Shown here: positions 13,027-25,568 of the stretch, piece by piece
How positions within the stretch are numbered: position 1 is the stretch's first letter
Layout: each line of letters opens with the position of its first letter
From: Octopus sinensis
Taxonomy: Eukaryota
Direction: 5' to 3'
Assembly: GCF_006345805.1 (NCBI RefSeq)
Contig: NC_043004.1
Location: forward strand, 10,230,001 to 10,294,000
DNA length: 64,000 nt
Made by a program: the position numbers and the translations under genes
Notes under the pieces: model-generated
What the model was told of the DNA's origin: nothing
Databases searched by the model: none
Seen by the model: only the letters and a program-made list of their open reading frames with translations

Positions 13027-13198
13027 ATTCTTAATTACATTAGAGAGTACGCGACGCACCGGCTTGCTAGAGAGTGGAATTGAAAATCTCCAACTTAACC
13101 CCTAATCTTACTGTAAGATTAGGGGTTAAGTTGGAGGATTTTGCTTCCACTCTCTAGGCAAGCTGGTGCTTCGACTACCCTCTAATATATTTAAGAAT
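13027..13198. repeat. Hairpin with perfect 24-bp inner arms and diverged outer arms
   Basis: CTCCAACTTAACCCCTAATCTTAC-T-GTAAGATTAGGGGTTAAGTTGGAG (13088-13136); outer arms recognisably complementary but mismatched. Confidence 0.9.
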
Positions 13199-13397
13199 AT
13201 ATATATATAATATTATATATATATTATATATATATATATGTGTGTGTGTGTGTGGTGGGTGTTGTGTGTGTGTTTTGATGTGTGTATACATATATATATA
13301 TTACATATGTACATATATGTATTTATACATATTATGTTCTATATATAAATAGATACCTATCTATATATGTATGTATGTATGCACGTATATATATCGT

Positions 13398-13580
13398 GGC
13401 ACTCCGTCGGTTACGACGAAGAGGGTTCCAGTTGATCCGATCAACGGAACAGCCTGCTCGTGAAATTAACGTGTAAGTGGCTGAGCACTCCACAGACACG
13501 TGTACCCTTAACGTAGTTCTCGGGGAGATTCAACGTGATACAGAGTGTGACAAGGATGGCCCTTTGAAATACAGGTATAA
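13398..13580 (-). mobile_element. SINE 3' portion (same family as 885-1161)
   Basis: AACAGCCTGCTCGTGAAATTAACGTG...CCCTTTGAAATACAGGTA shared with 885-1020. Confidence 0.75.
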
Positions 13581-13722
13581 TTTACAAGTACAGGTATAAT
13601 TTACAAAGCTCCTTCACGGGTATCGGCTACCATATGCTATCATACAGCAGGAAAACTTTTACTGGATATATATGTGGAAATCCGTTAAAATCCGCAGAAT
13701 TCATACAAAATAGTTATAACAG

Positions 13723-14348
13723 ATGGAATGAACAGGCTTTAATCCAAATCACTAGAATTGCTTCTGTTCTTTAGCATCATCTGGTAATTACTGAGTGTTT
13801 CACATATATACGTTCTTGCATTAATATGATCCAACAATAGCTATGTACCTCCACGTCTTCAGGTGAGTGAATTCGCTGGATCACTTATAGTTTCTTATTG
13901 TTTTATATTCATATTCTACTTTTAACTAAAAATATAATATGGGTACAAAACAATGCTTTTGAATCCATCCTCTCACCTGAAGACGTGCGGGCACACAGAT
14001 ATCGTTGGATCATATTAATGTAAGTATGTGTATAATATGTGAAGCACTCAAGGCGGCGAGCTGGCAGAATCATTAGCACACCGGGCGAAATGCTTAGCGG
14101 TATTTTGTCTGTCTTTACGTTCAGAGTTCGAATTCCGCCGATGTCGACTTCGTCTTTCATCCTTTCGGGGACGATAAATTAAATACCAGTTGTGTACTTG
14201 GGTCGATCTAATCGACTGGCCCCTCCCCCAAAATTTCGGGCCTTGTGGCTAGTGTAGAAAAGAATATGTGAAACACTCAGCAATTACCAAATGATACTAA
14301 AGCACAGAAACAATTATAGTGATTTGGTTCAAAGCCTGTTCATTCCAT
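13723..14348. repeat. Old inverted duplication interrupted by a SINE
   Basis: 13723-13867 matches the reverse complement of 13972-14050 plus 14263-14348, with scattered substitutions. Confidence 0.85.
14051..14262 (+). mobile_element. Family-A SINE with 17-bp target-site duplication
   Basis: TSD AATATGTGAA(G/A)CACTCA at 14034-14050 and 14263-14279. Confidence 0.9.
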
Positions 14349-14378
14349 TTTCTTGTATTATAATTGCTTTTTTGCATA

Positions 14379-14936
14379 CAATAATATCTCGCTTTACGAG
14401 GATCCGCTTTACGAGACCCTGGGTTTATGAGTTTTATTTTTCAAGCACGAGCTCCAAATTTTGAACGAAGTGCAAAAGTTTATATTACCATAACAAATCC
14501 TTCTGCATATTACCGAGAAATTTATAGAGGGCGAAAGAAAGCTACTTTTAAGCAAACAGTTCTCAACTTGTTTTTTAAAAAGAAAACTACAAGTTTGTCT
14601 ACGAGTGCCGGTGATTCGGTGATCGTATCTACAAATGATGGTGTGTGCGAATCTAGTGTGAGTGAAAGCGATTCAGAAAACGATTATAATAATATTTTTT
14701 TATTATAAAAGATCTTGACATTCTTTTTACTTTGCATAAAATATTCCTTACGTTCTACTGTTGTTTTATTGCCATTTATTTACGAGTATTATAAATTTTA
14801 CTGGTAAAATATTTTTCTAGGAACGAAATACGATTTATAACATTGCTACTATTGGAAATTATAGCTCTGTTTTACGAGTTTTCGCTTTACAAGCAGTATC
14901 TGGGAAGAAGTTAACTTGTATATCGAGGCATTACTG
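14379..14936. mobile_element. Tigger/pogo-type MITE
   Basis: TA-flanked TIRs CAATAATATCTCGCTTTACGAG / CTTGTATATCGAGGCATTACTG; no transposase. Confidence 0.75.
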
Positions 14937-14964
14937 TATATGGTGGGATGGTTTATGAACTTGT

Positions 14965-15420
14965 GCGGCGAGCTGGCAGAATTGTTAGCATGCCGGGCGA
15001 TATGCTTAGCGGTATTTCGTCTGCCGTCGCAGGATTACTCATTTTTGCCAGTTTAGTGGATTGGAGCAACGTAAAATGAATTGTTTTGCTCAAGAACACA
15101 ACGTGTTGCCTGACCCAGAAATTGAAATCATAATCCTACGATCATGAGTCCAACACCCTAACTACTAAACCATGCGCCTTGACGAGTAAAGTACTGTTCT
15201 TTCCTGAGTCTTGCCGACTCATAAGGACCTGTTTCCCAGTTTCACGGCGTATGTATTCCCCACCTAGACAGGACGTCATTGAGAGAACTGAAGCAACGTG
15301 AAATGATGCGCTTTGCTCAAGAACACAACGCGTTATCCGGTCCAGGAATCGAAACCATAATCTTACGATCACAAATCCAACGCTCCTAGCCACTAAGCCA
15401 CAAGCTCCCACTTTCATTAG
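14965..15420. mobile_element. Cluster of SINE fragments (family A head plus two CORE-box SINE heads on the minus strand)
   Basis: GGCGAGCTGGCAGAATTGTTAGC; two GCTCAAGAACACAACG...CACTAAGCCA blocks. Confidence 0.7.
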
Positions 15421-15689
15421 AAGGTGATTTCCAGCATGCATTGAATGGGTTCACAGTCGAGGGTTGCATGGCTCGGATAAGAAATTAGTTTTGCAAAGAC
15501 TGAGACGTTGGTCGCCTCAAGAAATTCTTCCTAATGCACTCTGCCTGTTAGTAGAACATCATCAAAACAAGCGGAGACATTAAGGGTACCATTTGAAAAT
15601 GAGTTGGTTGCTATTTTTACCCCGAAATTGTTTTATGGCTACTTGTATATGTTAATTCTTTAGCAAATACTTTTGGAATACTACAGTAG

Positions 15690-18430
15690 ATATTTTATAA
15701 TAGTTTTCTAATTGCTGTAGAAGACCATAAATTCTTCTTGTGTCCGAGATAAATATATAATCTTTTTGTTTTGGCTGTATTCTAAATGCAGTCATTATTT
15801 TTCTTATATTCTCGTCTAGTCTTGCTAATTCATTTAGCTTTCAGTTGAGAATATTATAGCTATAACTTATTACTGAAACAACTAGAATATTGATATCTAT
15901 CACCTTTATTTTTGGCATTTAGCTAAGTTTTAAATATTAATCAAATGCGTCTATAATATTCCTTTCCAACCTTTTCTTGTACACGAGTGACATTCTACCT
16001 AGCTCATTAATTCCTAAGTATTTTTAAGTCTGTATTTGGTCTAATTCATTTATCTCTGTTTCCTTATCTAACATGATATTAGCAGTTTTATTAATTTCTC
16101 TCTTTGAACCATTTTCCTTGAAGCATTTTGCAAAACCGAAATTCAAGGCATACTGATTATAGTTGCTTGTCTTTAGAAACATTCGACTTCATGTTATACA
16201 CGTACAAAATATCAGACAAAACATGTACTACAACACTTGTACATATATTCTATGATTTGCAGAGAAAATCCTGAAATAAACTGTGAATGGTTTACTGCGG
16301 GGACAATAATCTTAATCCAGAAGACCAAAGAAACAACAAACCCATAATATTGCAACCCAAGCCTTCAAAATTTGAAAGTAATATTATTTCAAAGAATAAA
16401 CACGTGTAATGGGTGAGCAACATATTTGCAGAAAAATAAGAAAGGAAAGAGAACAGAATGGGTGTTGCAAAGAATCATATGGAAGAAAGCAGGAATTACT
16501 GCTCAAAACGTCATAAGACGGGACTGAGAATGGCGTAGACTGTTTACCAGAAAGTGTTTGTTTCACAGTATTCACCACGTCACCAAAGTTGATTCTAGAA
16601 ATACTGGTAGTTAGTTATCAAGCAATTGTATATTTCGATAGCACTGGTATCTGTACCGAATTTGGTTTAGCTTAAAGGTTAAAGGTGTCAGCTCCAGATA
16701 TAAAAGGAGAGAGAGAAAGAGATAGATAGATAGAAAGATAGATAGATAGATAGTGAGGGAGTGACTGAGAGAAAGGGAGAAAGAGGAAGAAAGAGAGAGA
16801 GATAAAGAGAGACAAACAGACAGAAACCTTTATTGACTCTTTCAAATTTTTACACAAGGCCAGCAATTTTAGTGAAAAGTTATTAATCGATTACGTTGAA
16901 CCCTGTACTTTATTTTAACTAATCCGAAATGACGAATAGCAAAGCTGACCTCAGCAGGATTCGAGCTTGTAACATAAAGAGCCGGAAGAAAGGCTGCTAA
17001 ACATTTGGCTCGACACACTAATGATTCTCCTCTCTTTTGGTTGAATCCATAAAATTGTCTACCAAATATTCATGGCATGTTTGCTGTACCAGCTTCTTAT
17101 TAACTTACTCATGGTTAATACTTCTAGAATCGATACTGTCGAACAAACGCCTTCTACCAAAGTCTATACCATTTTCAGTCCCTTCCTTGAACTTCAGCAA
17201 CCCTCAGTCATGACTTCTATGACCATTATATTTATGCTTGCTTCCATATAACACTGCAAAATTCATTCTGATTTTCTGGAAATACATTGTTTGACCCAGA
17301 TAAGCATTTATCCTTTGCGATAATATTGCATATAAAGTTTTCAAAGCTAGAATATTTGGGCCGGCAATATTGTGGTATTTCGAGTTTGATGTTCTTTTGG
17401 TTTTCGGGATTAAAATTATTTTCCACTCGGTGAGGCATTCAATGTTTTATTTCAGCATTTTTCTTTTGATCATAGAATATTTGTGCAAGTACATTTGAGC
17501 ACCTGTTAGATATCATAGCCACAAGTTTCTGGGTGCTTTCAAATCGCTTGCTTTGTTGCAACATAAGATTATTTAGGGATTTAAAATTTTTCCCACGCTT
17601 GTTTCCTTTAACAACCTCTTCTCGGTCGATAATTTTGCCGTCCTTATTCATCCTAAAAAAAAAAAAACGGATTTTTTTCTTTTTCTTTTCTTAGAATTGC
17701 ATACTTCTTATTTCGGTTTTACCTGGGTCTTGGTAAAATAATTTTGGATCGAGAACGGAGTTTTTGTTTTGCGCAAAGCAGTTTCGTCATTTTTCCTAAT
17801 GCTGGATTTCTTTAGATTTAACGAAGATTTTTTTTGTCTTGTTTTGATTTCGAGTTGTGTTGTTCTGTCGTATTAAGTTGTATTTCTGCAGGAGTTATGT
17901 ATCTCTCATTCGCTTTTATTCATTTGTATTCTTTCTCTGTTGATTTCATTAATGATTGAGGGATCTCTCGTTTTATTTTCTACCTTTTTCCTCTATGTTT
18001 GGTTTCCACGTCGTTTACTTGCAAATAAATCAAATAATCTTTGGAACAGCCACAGTAGTAACAAAGAAAAATGGTTACTTCCTCAAAAGTTCGCAAACAG
18101 AAATATATACGAGATGCATTTTCTTTTTTAGAAGTACTCACTTTCCTTTGTGTCTGCGGTAGTCATAGATTATTTGCCTTGATTATTTGATTTACTTTGG
18201 TAATAGCAATACTTGTGGTTCTTTCCACTACATATCTGAAGGCCCTGTCAGTGGTTTGTGTTATTGTTGTTACTTCATCACTATGTTTTCTTATTCTTTT
18301 TTTGAATTCATTTTGTTGATCCATAACAAGAAAGCCGATCGATTTGAATTCTTTAAACGTTTTCACTCTTAGTTCATTCTCATACTCAAAACTTATATAT
18401 TTACAATAATCGAAATTTACATCTTAAGAA
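15690..18430 (-). pseudogene. Heavily decayed R4/Dong-type LINE, interrupted by SINE/microsatellite; 16150-16620 lies in opposite orientation
   Basis: Translated patches match the younger copy at 55-58 kb: QLENYYK (15700-15730), QNK...DPKLFY (17720-17780), FPENQ; plus-strand EWFTAGTIILIQKTKETTNP. Confidence 0.55.
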
Positions 18431-18637
18431 TTCTCTACACCATGTTCTTTCACATATCCACTTGTAATTTAATTTACGATGGTTTGGTTTTGGTTCGGTA
18501 GATATAGATAAAGATTCCACATGTTTCGGTTTGATTTACTCTGTTCTTTGCTTTGATTGCACTTCTTGTATCTTCGTCATTAGAAGTGGCACCTTTGTTT
18601 GAACAACCGACAAATTAACTTGCGTTCTTTAGTTACG

Positions 18638-19045
18638 GCGAGCTGGCAGAATCGTTACCGTATCGGGAAAAAATGCCTAGCGGCATTTCTTCTGATTTTA
18701 CGTTCTACGATCAAATCCCGCCGTGGTCGACTTTGCCTTTCATCCTTTCGAAGTCGATAAAATAAATACCAGTTGAGCACTGGGGTTGATGTAATTGACT
18801 TACTTCCTCACACGGACTTGTTGGCTTTGTACCAAAATTTGAAACCAAAAGGCGGCGAGCAGGCAGAATCGTTTGTACGCCGAACAAAATGTTTAGATGA
18901 ATTTAGTCCGTCTTTATGTTTCGAGTTCAAATTCTGCCGAGCTCAACTTTGCATTGCTTTCTTTCGGGGTTGAGTGAAGGGGTCGATGTAATCGATTAAC
19001 CCGCACGCCAGAAATTTCTGCCTTTGTACTAAAATTTGAAACCGT
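18638..19045 (+). mobile_element. Two head-to-tail family-A SINEs
   Basis: GGCGAGCTGGCAGAATCGTT at ~18638 and GGCGGCGAGCAGGCAGAATCGTT at ~18851. Confidence 0.85.
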
Positions 19046-19806
19046 TATTCAGTTACGACCCTTTACATTTCAAATTCAAATCTTGTGCAATTTGCAATAT
19101 TCCTTTACATGTTATTGGTTTCATTTTGAATGCCACTGTTTTTCATATGTTGTGGTGGAACACACTAACACTCTTCATTAACTCGTCTCTAGGTCGTGAA
19201 GAATAATCTGAAGAATTAAAATGGCAGGGTCAAAAGATAGGAGGGAGACAAATGTCGTTTTGCTGAACTCTGAAAATTAGTAGATCGAGCACAACCGTGA
19301 AGGAATGCAGAAAAACTGACTGCTCTGCGAAGATGAACAAAATGGCTAACGAAACCTGTAGTAAAGAAAACAAAAAAATAGCTGCAGTGGCACCACCAAT
19401 TTTCTTCCACCACGGCCACCATCAACATAAATGGTAATTACAGCGGCAATAAGCATGTGTTCCAATGAGAACGGAATGAGACATTAGGCGCTGCTGTTTA
19501 GACGCTGGCGATTTGGCGATAGTACATTTATGACACTGGAAGCAAATACACATGCACGCACAAGGAAGAATACACGTAGAGATAGGGGAAGTGAAACAGA
19601 AAGAGAGAGAAGGAGAGTAGAAGAGGGAGAAAGAGACATCACAATTTATTTAACACGATTGATATAAACATTTCCTCCTCCTCATACACCTAGAGAGAAA
19701 CATTTTCACACACCTAAACGAACACTCACGAGCACATAAACAGAAAGAGAGAGAGAGTGAGAGAGAGAGAAAGTGAGAAAAAGAAAGAGGGGGAGAGAAG
19801 AGAGAA

Positions 19807-19844
<38 letters not shown>

Positions 19845-20531
19845 AACATTAAAACGTCTAATGTCAGATATATCAGCGTCGAAGCAACAACGCCAAATTG
19901 ATGGCGCCAAAACGCCTGTGCCAAAACGCATCATGCCTCAATGAGGAAGACTCTGCTTGACTTGATAAAAGTAGCAGCTCAAACCGCTTGACTTGGTATC
20001 AGCTGAGACTCCTTCACATCACATTCTGATGTGTTAAACAGGGAAAGACATGATGGAAAATATATTTCCTAATAATTGTTTTTGATTTGTGCGTAAGGAC
20101 AACAGATTTGAAGAAAGGATATTTGTCTGTTAAATCGAATCCTCGATGATTCATTGTTGCTTTATAGACCCTGGAGATATGAACGGCAAAGTTGGCTTCG
20201 GCGTGATTTGAAATCAGTAGTTAGAAAACTTGAATAAATATCACAAGGCCTTTCTTCTGGCACGCCAACTTTTGCCATTCTCCCATCCTAGTAGCCCCTA
20301 AGAATGGTTTCAAATTTTGGCGCAAGGCCAGCAGTTTTAGGGCAGAAGGTAAGTAGATTACATTGGGACCAGTGTTCAACTGGTAATTATTTTATCGATC
20401 GCGAAATGATGAATGGCAAAGTCGATTTGTATATGCTGTACATAAGCTCACCCCATCCATCAAATCAACGTTGTCTGTACATGTCAATGGTTTATCACGT
20501 CAGGTATCGAAGTATTAATAATAATAATAAT

Positions 20532-21516
20532 GATGGCTATGAGGTTACGGGTGCTTGGTACCAATATACATCGGAAAAGGTAATGGACGAAAAGGGGCAG
20601 GTAAATTCCTCTGGGACTTTTGCTTTCAGACAGAGAAGGTATTAGAGCACCGAAGGTCGGATATTGTAATCTTTAGGAGGGACAAACAAAAGTGCCTAAT
20701 AATTGACGTGGCAGTGCCATGTGATCAACATATCATTATGAAACAAAGAGAAAAGGTTGATAAATATGGAGACCTAAGAATTGAGATCGCTAAGATGTGG
20801 CAGCTACGAGAGTCAAACATAAAGGTTATCCTATTGTCATCGAAGCATTGAGTTCAATACCACCGAATCTGAAAAAAAAAAAAATCTGAAAACCTAGAGA
20901 TGCCCTACAATCTAGGTGCATTGCAAAAGTCGGCATTACTTGGAACCGCACGCATATTGTGTACAGCACTGTCTATCTGAGGTCCTTGTTGTGACTTGAC
21001 AAACAGTACAAACCTCCGCTTCAATCAAAAACCTCACGATATTATATACTGTGCGCCGTCTATGATGATGATGATGATAATAATGATGATGATGATGATA
21101 ATAATAATCGACCCATTATGCCCATTATGCTTACTTATCAGCCCATCACGTCAGTTTGATCCCAGCATCGTAAAACAAAAAAATAAGCAATCCCTAAAAT
21201 GTGAAATAGGGAGAATTTGGAGGATGTGAACAGTAACGTTCGTGCCTATAATAATTGGGGCGTTGGGAACACTAAGCAAAGATATGGACAAATGGCTGAA
21301 GGAGATTGGAATAAAATGCTCTGCAGGGCTCCTACAGAAAGTTTGTCTCTTAGGGACAGCAAAGATTATTAGGAGGGTTCTAAGCACTTCAAAGACTGCT
21401 GATAACTTGTGGATACCTAAAGTTACTGGTAATAACCTACTACCCACACAAATCCTACTAGGAATAAGACCGGACCTGATCCAAACCATAATAATAATAA
21501 TAATAATAATCATAAA

Positions 21517-21569
<53 letters not shown>

Positions 21570-22585
21570 ATAATATAATAATAATAATGATGGCTATGAG
21601 GTTACGGGTGCTTGGTACCAATATACATCGGAAAAAGGTAATGGACGAAAAGGGGCAGGTAAATTCCTCTGGGGCTTTTGCTTTCAGACAGAGAAGGTAT
21701 TAGAGCACCGAAGGTCGGATATTGTAATCTTTAGGAGGGACAAACAAAAGTGCCTAATAATTGACGTGGCAGTGCCATGTGATCAACATATCATTATGAA
21801 ACAAAGAGAAAAGGTTGATAAATATGGAGACCTAAGAATTGAGATCGCTAAGATGTGGCAGCTACGAGAGTCAAACATAAAGGTTATCCCTATTGTCATC
21901 GAAGCATTGAGTTCAATACCACCGAATCTGAAAAAAAAAAAAATCTGAAAACCTTAGAGATGCCCTACAATCTAGGTGCATTGCAAAAGTCGGCATTACT
22001 TGGAACCGCACGCATATTGTGTACAGCACTGTCTATCTGAGGTCCTTGTTGTGACTTGACAAACAGTACAAACCTCCGCTTCAATCAAAAACTTCACGAT
22101 ATTATATACTGTGCGCCGTCTATGATGATGATGATGATAATGATGATGATGATAATAATAATCGACCCATTATGCCCATTATGCTTACTTATCAGCCCAT
22201 CACGTCAGTTTGATTCCAGCATCGCAAAGAAAGAGGAAGGAAAACAAAAAAATAAGCAATCCTTAAAATGTGAAATAGGGAGAATTTCAAGGATGTGAAC
22301 AGTAAAGTTCGTGCCTATAATAATTGGGACGTTGGGAACACTAAGCAAAGATATAGACAAATGGCTGAAGGAGATTGGAATAGAAGGCTCTGCAGGGCTC
22401 CTACAGAAAGTTTGTCTCTTAGGGACAGCAAAGATTATTAGGAGGGTTCTAAGCACTTCAAAGACTGCTGATAACTTGTGGATACCTAAAGTTACAGGTA
22501 ATAACCTACTACCCACACAAATCCTACTAGGAATAAGACCGGACCTGATCCAAACCATAATAATAATAATAATAATAATCATAAA

Positions 22586-22660
<75 letters not shown>
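20532..22660 (+). mobile_element. Tandem duplication (period ~1057 bp) of a unit holding 3' ends of two different R4/Dong-type LINEs
   Basis: GATGGCTATGAG starts at 20532 and 21589. Part A encodes LWDF..QT...EHRRSDIV...IIDVAVP...KVDKYGDL...LQKSALLGTARIL; part B encodes VPIIIGALGT...LQKVCLLGTAKIIRRVL. Confidence 0.9.
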
Positions 22661-22667
<7 letters not shown>

Positions 22668-22679
22668 TTCTACTGGTGG

Positions 22680-22828
22680 TACATGGCCTCAAATTTTGGG
22701 GGAAGAGATTAAGTCGATTACATCGACCCCAGTATTCGGTGGAATTTGAACTCAGAACGTAAAGACAGACTAAATGCCGCTAAGCATTGTGCCCGGCGTG
22801 CTAACGACTCTGCCAGCACGTTGCCTTC
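22680..22828 (-). mobile_element. Family-A SINE
   Basis: Consensus match with an internal deletion. Confidence 0.75.
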
Positions 22829-23452
22829 AATATGAGACTTAATTAATGACAGCAACAAAAATAAGGATATTTACAGCGTCAACGCCAACAACACCAACGA
22901 CGTCCACAACAACATAAACAAAAATATCGCTAATGATGACAACAACCACCCGACAAAAATAAATAAAATAAAACAGAAGAACAAGTTAAAAATGTCATTG
23001 AATAAAAAATGAGACGATGGTTGAAAGATGTGATGGCAGTTTTGTATCTCGAAATGGGGTTACTTTATATTGTTATAATGGTATAACAAAAGAATGGCTG
23101 GTTTGTGGATAATGGTAGTCGTCGTGATGGTGAGTGTGTGATATTGTTAATGGAGTCACATGTCTTTATCACTCAGCTATCCTCTTCTTATCCGTACATC
23201 ACTTCTTTCTGTAATGCTTGCCGTTTGAGACTTGTTTGTCCGTCTCACAATCTCTCTCACTCTCTCTTTATCCGTCCCCCTCTCTCCCCTCCCTGTCCAT
23301 CTGTTTTCTCTTTCTTGCTCCTTTATTGCACTTCTCCCGCTGTGCCTGTCTGAGTGAGTCTTCTTCTTTCTAGAAATTACCAACAAATGCAAAGTGTTTC
23401 AAACTAGAAGATTAATGTATCCAAGAGACCACTTCTGGTTTTTTAGATAAAC

Positions 23453-23782
23453 AAATGTACGTATGTATGTATGTATGTATGTATGTATGTATGTATGTAT
23501 GTATGTATGTATGTATGTATGTATGTATGTATGCGTGCATGCATGTATGTATGTATGTATGTACGTACGTATGTATGTATGTATGTATGTATGTATGTAT
23601 GTATGTATGTATGTATGCATGTATGCATGTATGCATGCGTGCATGCATGCATGTATGTATGTATGTATGTATGTATATATGTATGTATGTATGTATGCAA
23701 TGTATGTATGTATGCATGTATGCATGCGTGCATGCATGCATGCATGTATGTATGTATGTATGTATGTATGTATGTATGTATG

Positions 23783-23814
<32 letters not shown>

Positions 23815-23930
23815 CATGTATGCATGCGTGCATGCATGCATGTATGTATGTATGTATGTATGTACGTACGTATGTATGTATGTATGTATGTATGTATGCA
23901 TGCGTGCATGTATGCATGTATGTATGTATG

Positions 23931-23964
<34 letters not shown>

Positions 23965-24045
23965 TGTATGCATGTATGCATGCGTGCATGCATGCATGCA
24001 TGCATGTATGTATGTATGCATGCATGTATACGTGTATGTGTGTGT
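23453..24045. repeat. ~600-bp compound (TATG)n/(CATG)n microsatellite
   Basis: Direct reading; source of the MYVC/HTYI pseudo-ORFs. Confidence 0.97.
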
Positions 24046-24048
24046 GTA

Positions 24049-24251
24049 TGAGGGGTGCTGAAAAGTTCCTGGTTTTGGTTAAAAGAAAATACAGAGGATC
24101 TGTTAATTATGATTTTACTCAACATATTCCCCTCTCAGAATCATTCACTTATTGCAGCGGTCCTTCAGTTTTCTAAGCCCTGTAAAAGAACTCGGTAGAA
24201 TGGGCCTACATCATGATACCCTTAAAGCCAGGAATTTTCAGCATTCCCTCG
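24049..24251. mobile_element. mariner-type MITE (203 bp)
   Basis: TA-flanked TIRs TGAGGGGTGCTGAAAAGTTCCTGG / CCAGGAATTTTCAGCATTCCCTCG; related truncated copy at 30771. Confidence 0.85.
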
Positions 24252-24499
24252 TATGTATATAAAATATGTTTGTGCGTATATACGTATATATATATGTGTT
24301 GTGTGTATGTGTATATATTATTTGTACATTAAATATATATTTAGTCTCATAACAGCCATCCATGTTAGCGAATAGTTTTAGACGAAAGAACCGTCCAGAT
24401 ATGGAAGGCATCACTCATTCATGATTGAAGCATTCTTTAACACCAACCATTTGCAAACATAAATGATGTTTTACATGAGTAAATTTAAGATACTATATG

Positions 24500-24810
24500 A
24501 AAATAATAGAGGTTATCCCAGAATGAACTATTTCAATGAAATCGGGCAATTTTTCTTTAAAAAAGCTGAAAAAACTTTATGTTTATCACTTAATAGTGAT
24601 ACTAAAACAAATATATTTCTAGATCTTACGTCAAAACTTTATTGAAAATTTTCAACATGTGCTCCGTCTGTAACCCTGAAAATTTCAAATTTATCCTTAG
24701 CGTTGCGAAACACATTTTGAAGCATTTCAGGAGGTATCTCTTGCACTGCTTAACTAAATGCGTTCTTTAAGAGCAGTTAAACTATTGCTCCATTCTGGGG
24801 ATGGAGGTAG
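24500..24810 (-). mobile_element. Possible decayed Tc1/mariner 3' end
   Basis: Minus-strand ALKERI...QGYRRSTC/DGAHVE-like patch; stops and frameshifts throughout. Confidence 0.35.
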
Positions 24811-25053
24811 AGAAAATGATTGTAGTGAAATTGAGAAAAAGCTGTCGTGGACAGATAAGAGGGATCTAGCATAAATGAAAATAAAACTATAAAAGAATTA
24901 TAAATTTTAAAAATTATTAAATTATAAACAAAATAAAAAAAAATGTGCACTTTTAACAGATATTAAAACTGATAAGCTTAAAAATAAGTGAGTTTTAAAA
25001 AAATTGTCTGATTTCACTGACATAGACAGTTAACTGTATTATATACAGTGTAT

Positions 25054-25141
<88 letters not shown>

Positions 25142-25186
25142 CATATGTATATGTATATGTATATGTATGTATATATATAAGGGTAA

Positions 25187-25513
25187 AGACCCCCTTCGGT
25201 CATGAATGACCATGGGATTGCACCTAGAAAGTTACCCTCCTAGACACAAGTCCGGGCAAGGTTGTTTATGGAAGGCCAGCAGTCGCCCATGCATACCAGC
25301 CTCCCCTCTCCACGCCACCAGTGTTATCCAAGGGAAAGACAAAGGTCGATACAGCTTGGCACCAGTGACGTCGCAACTCATTTCTACAGCTGAGTGAACT
25401 GGAGCAACGTGAAATAAAGTGCCTTGCTCAAGAACACAACACGCAGCCCGGTCCGGGATTCGAGCTCACAACCTCACGATCGTAAGCTCGACGCTCTAAC
25501 CACTGAGCCATGC
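25187..25513 (-). mobile_element. tRNA-derived SINE (family B)
   Basis: Minus strand GCATGGCTCAGTGGTTAGAGCGTCG...GAGCTCGAATCCC; 3' end CATTCATGACCGAAGGGGGTC; homologous to 28478 and 59303. Confidence 0.85.
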
Positions 25514-25568
25514 AAGTATACTCACACACACACAAACACACACATATATATAAGTGTACATATATAGA

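Noticed and set aside
13113-13136. Telomeric seed (TTAGGG-like), also at ~50400 and ~51025
   Set aside because: Single degenerate units, not arrays.
19470-19940. Possible MITE with GGCG/CGCC-rich subterminal repeats
   Set aside because: The two ends are only weakly complementary and no TSD was identified.
23399-24176. Long ORFs (190-237 aa) on both strands
   Set aside because: Pure (TATG)n/(CATG)n translation; the same applies to the many YIYI, HTHT, CVCV, LSLS and poly-V/T ORFs elsewhere.
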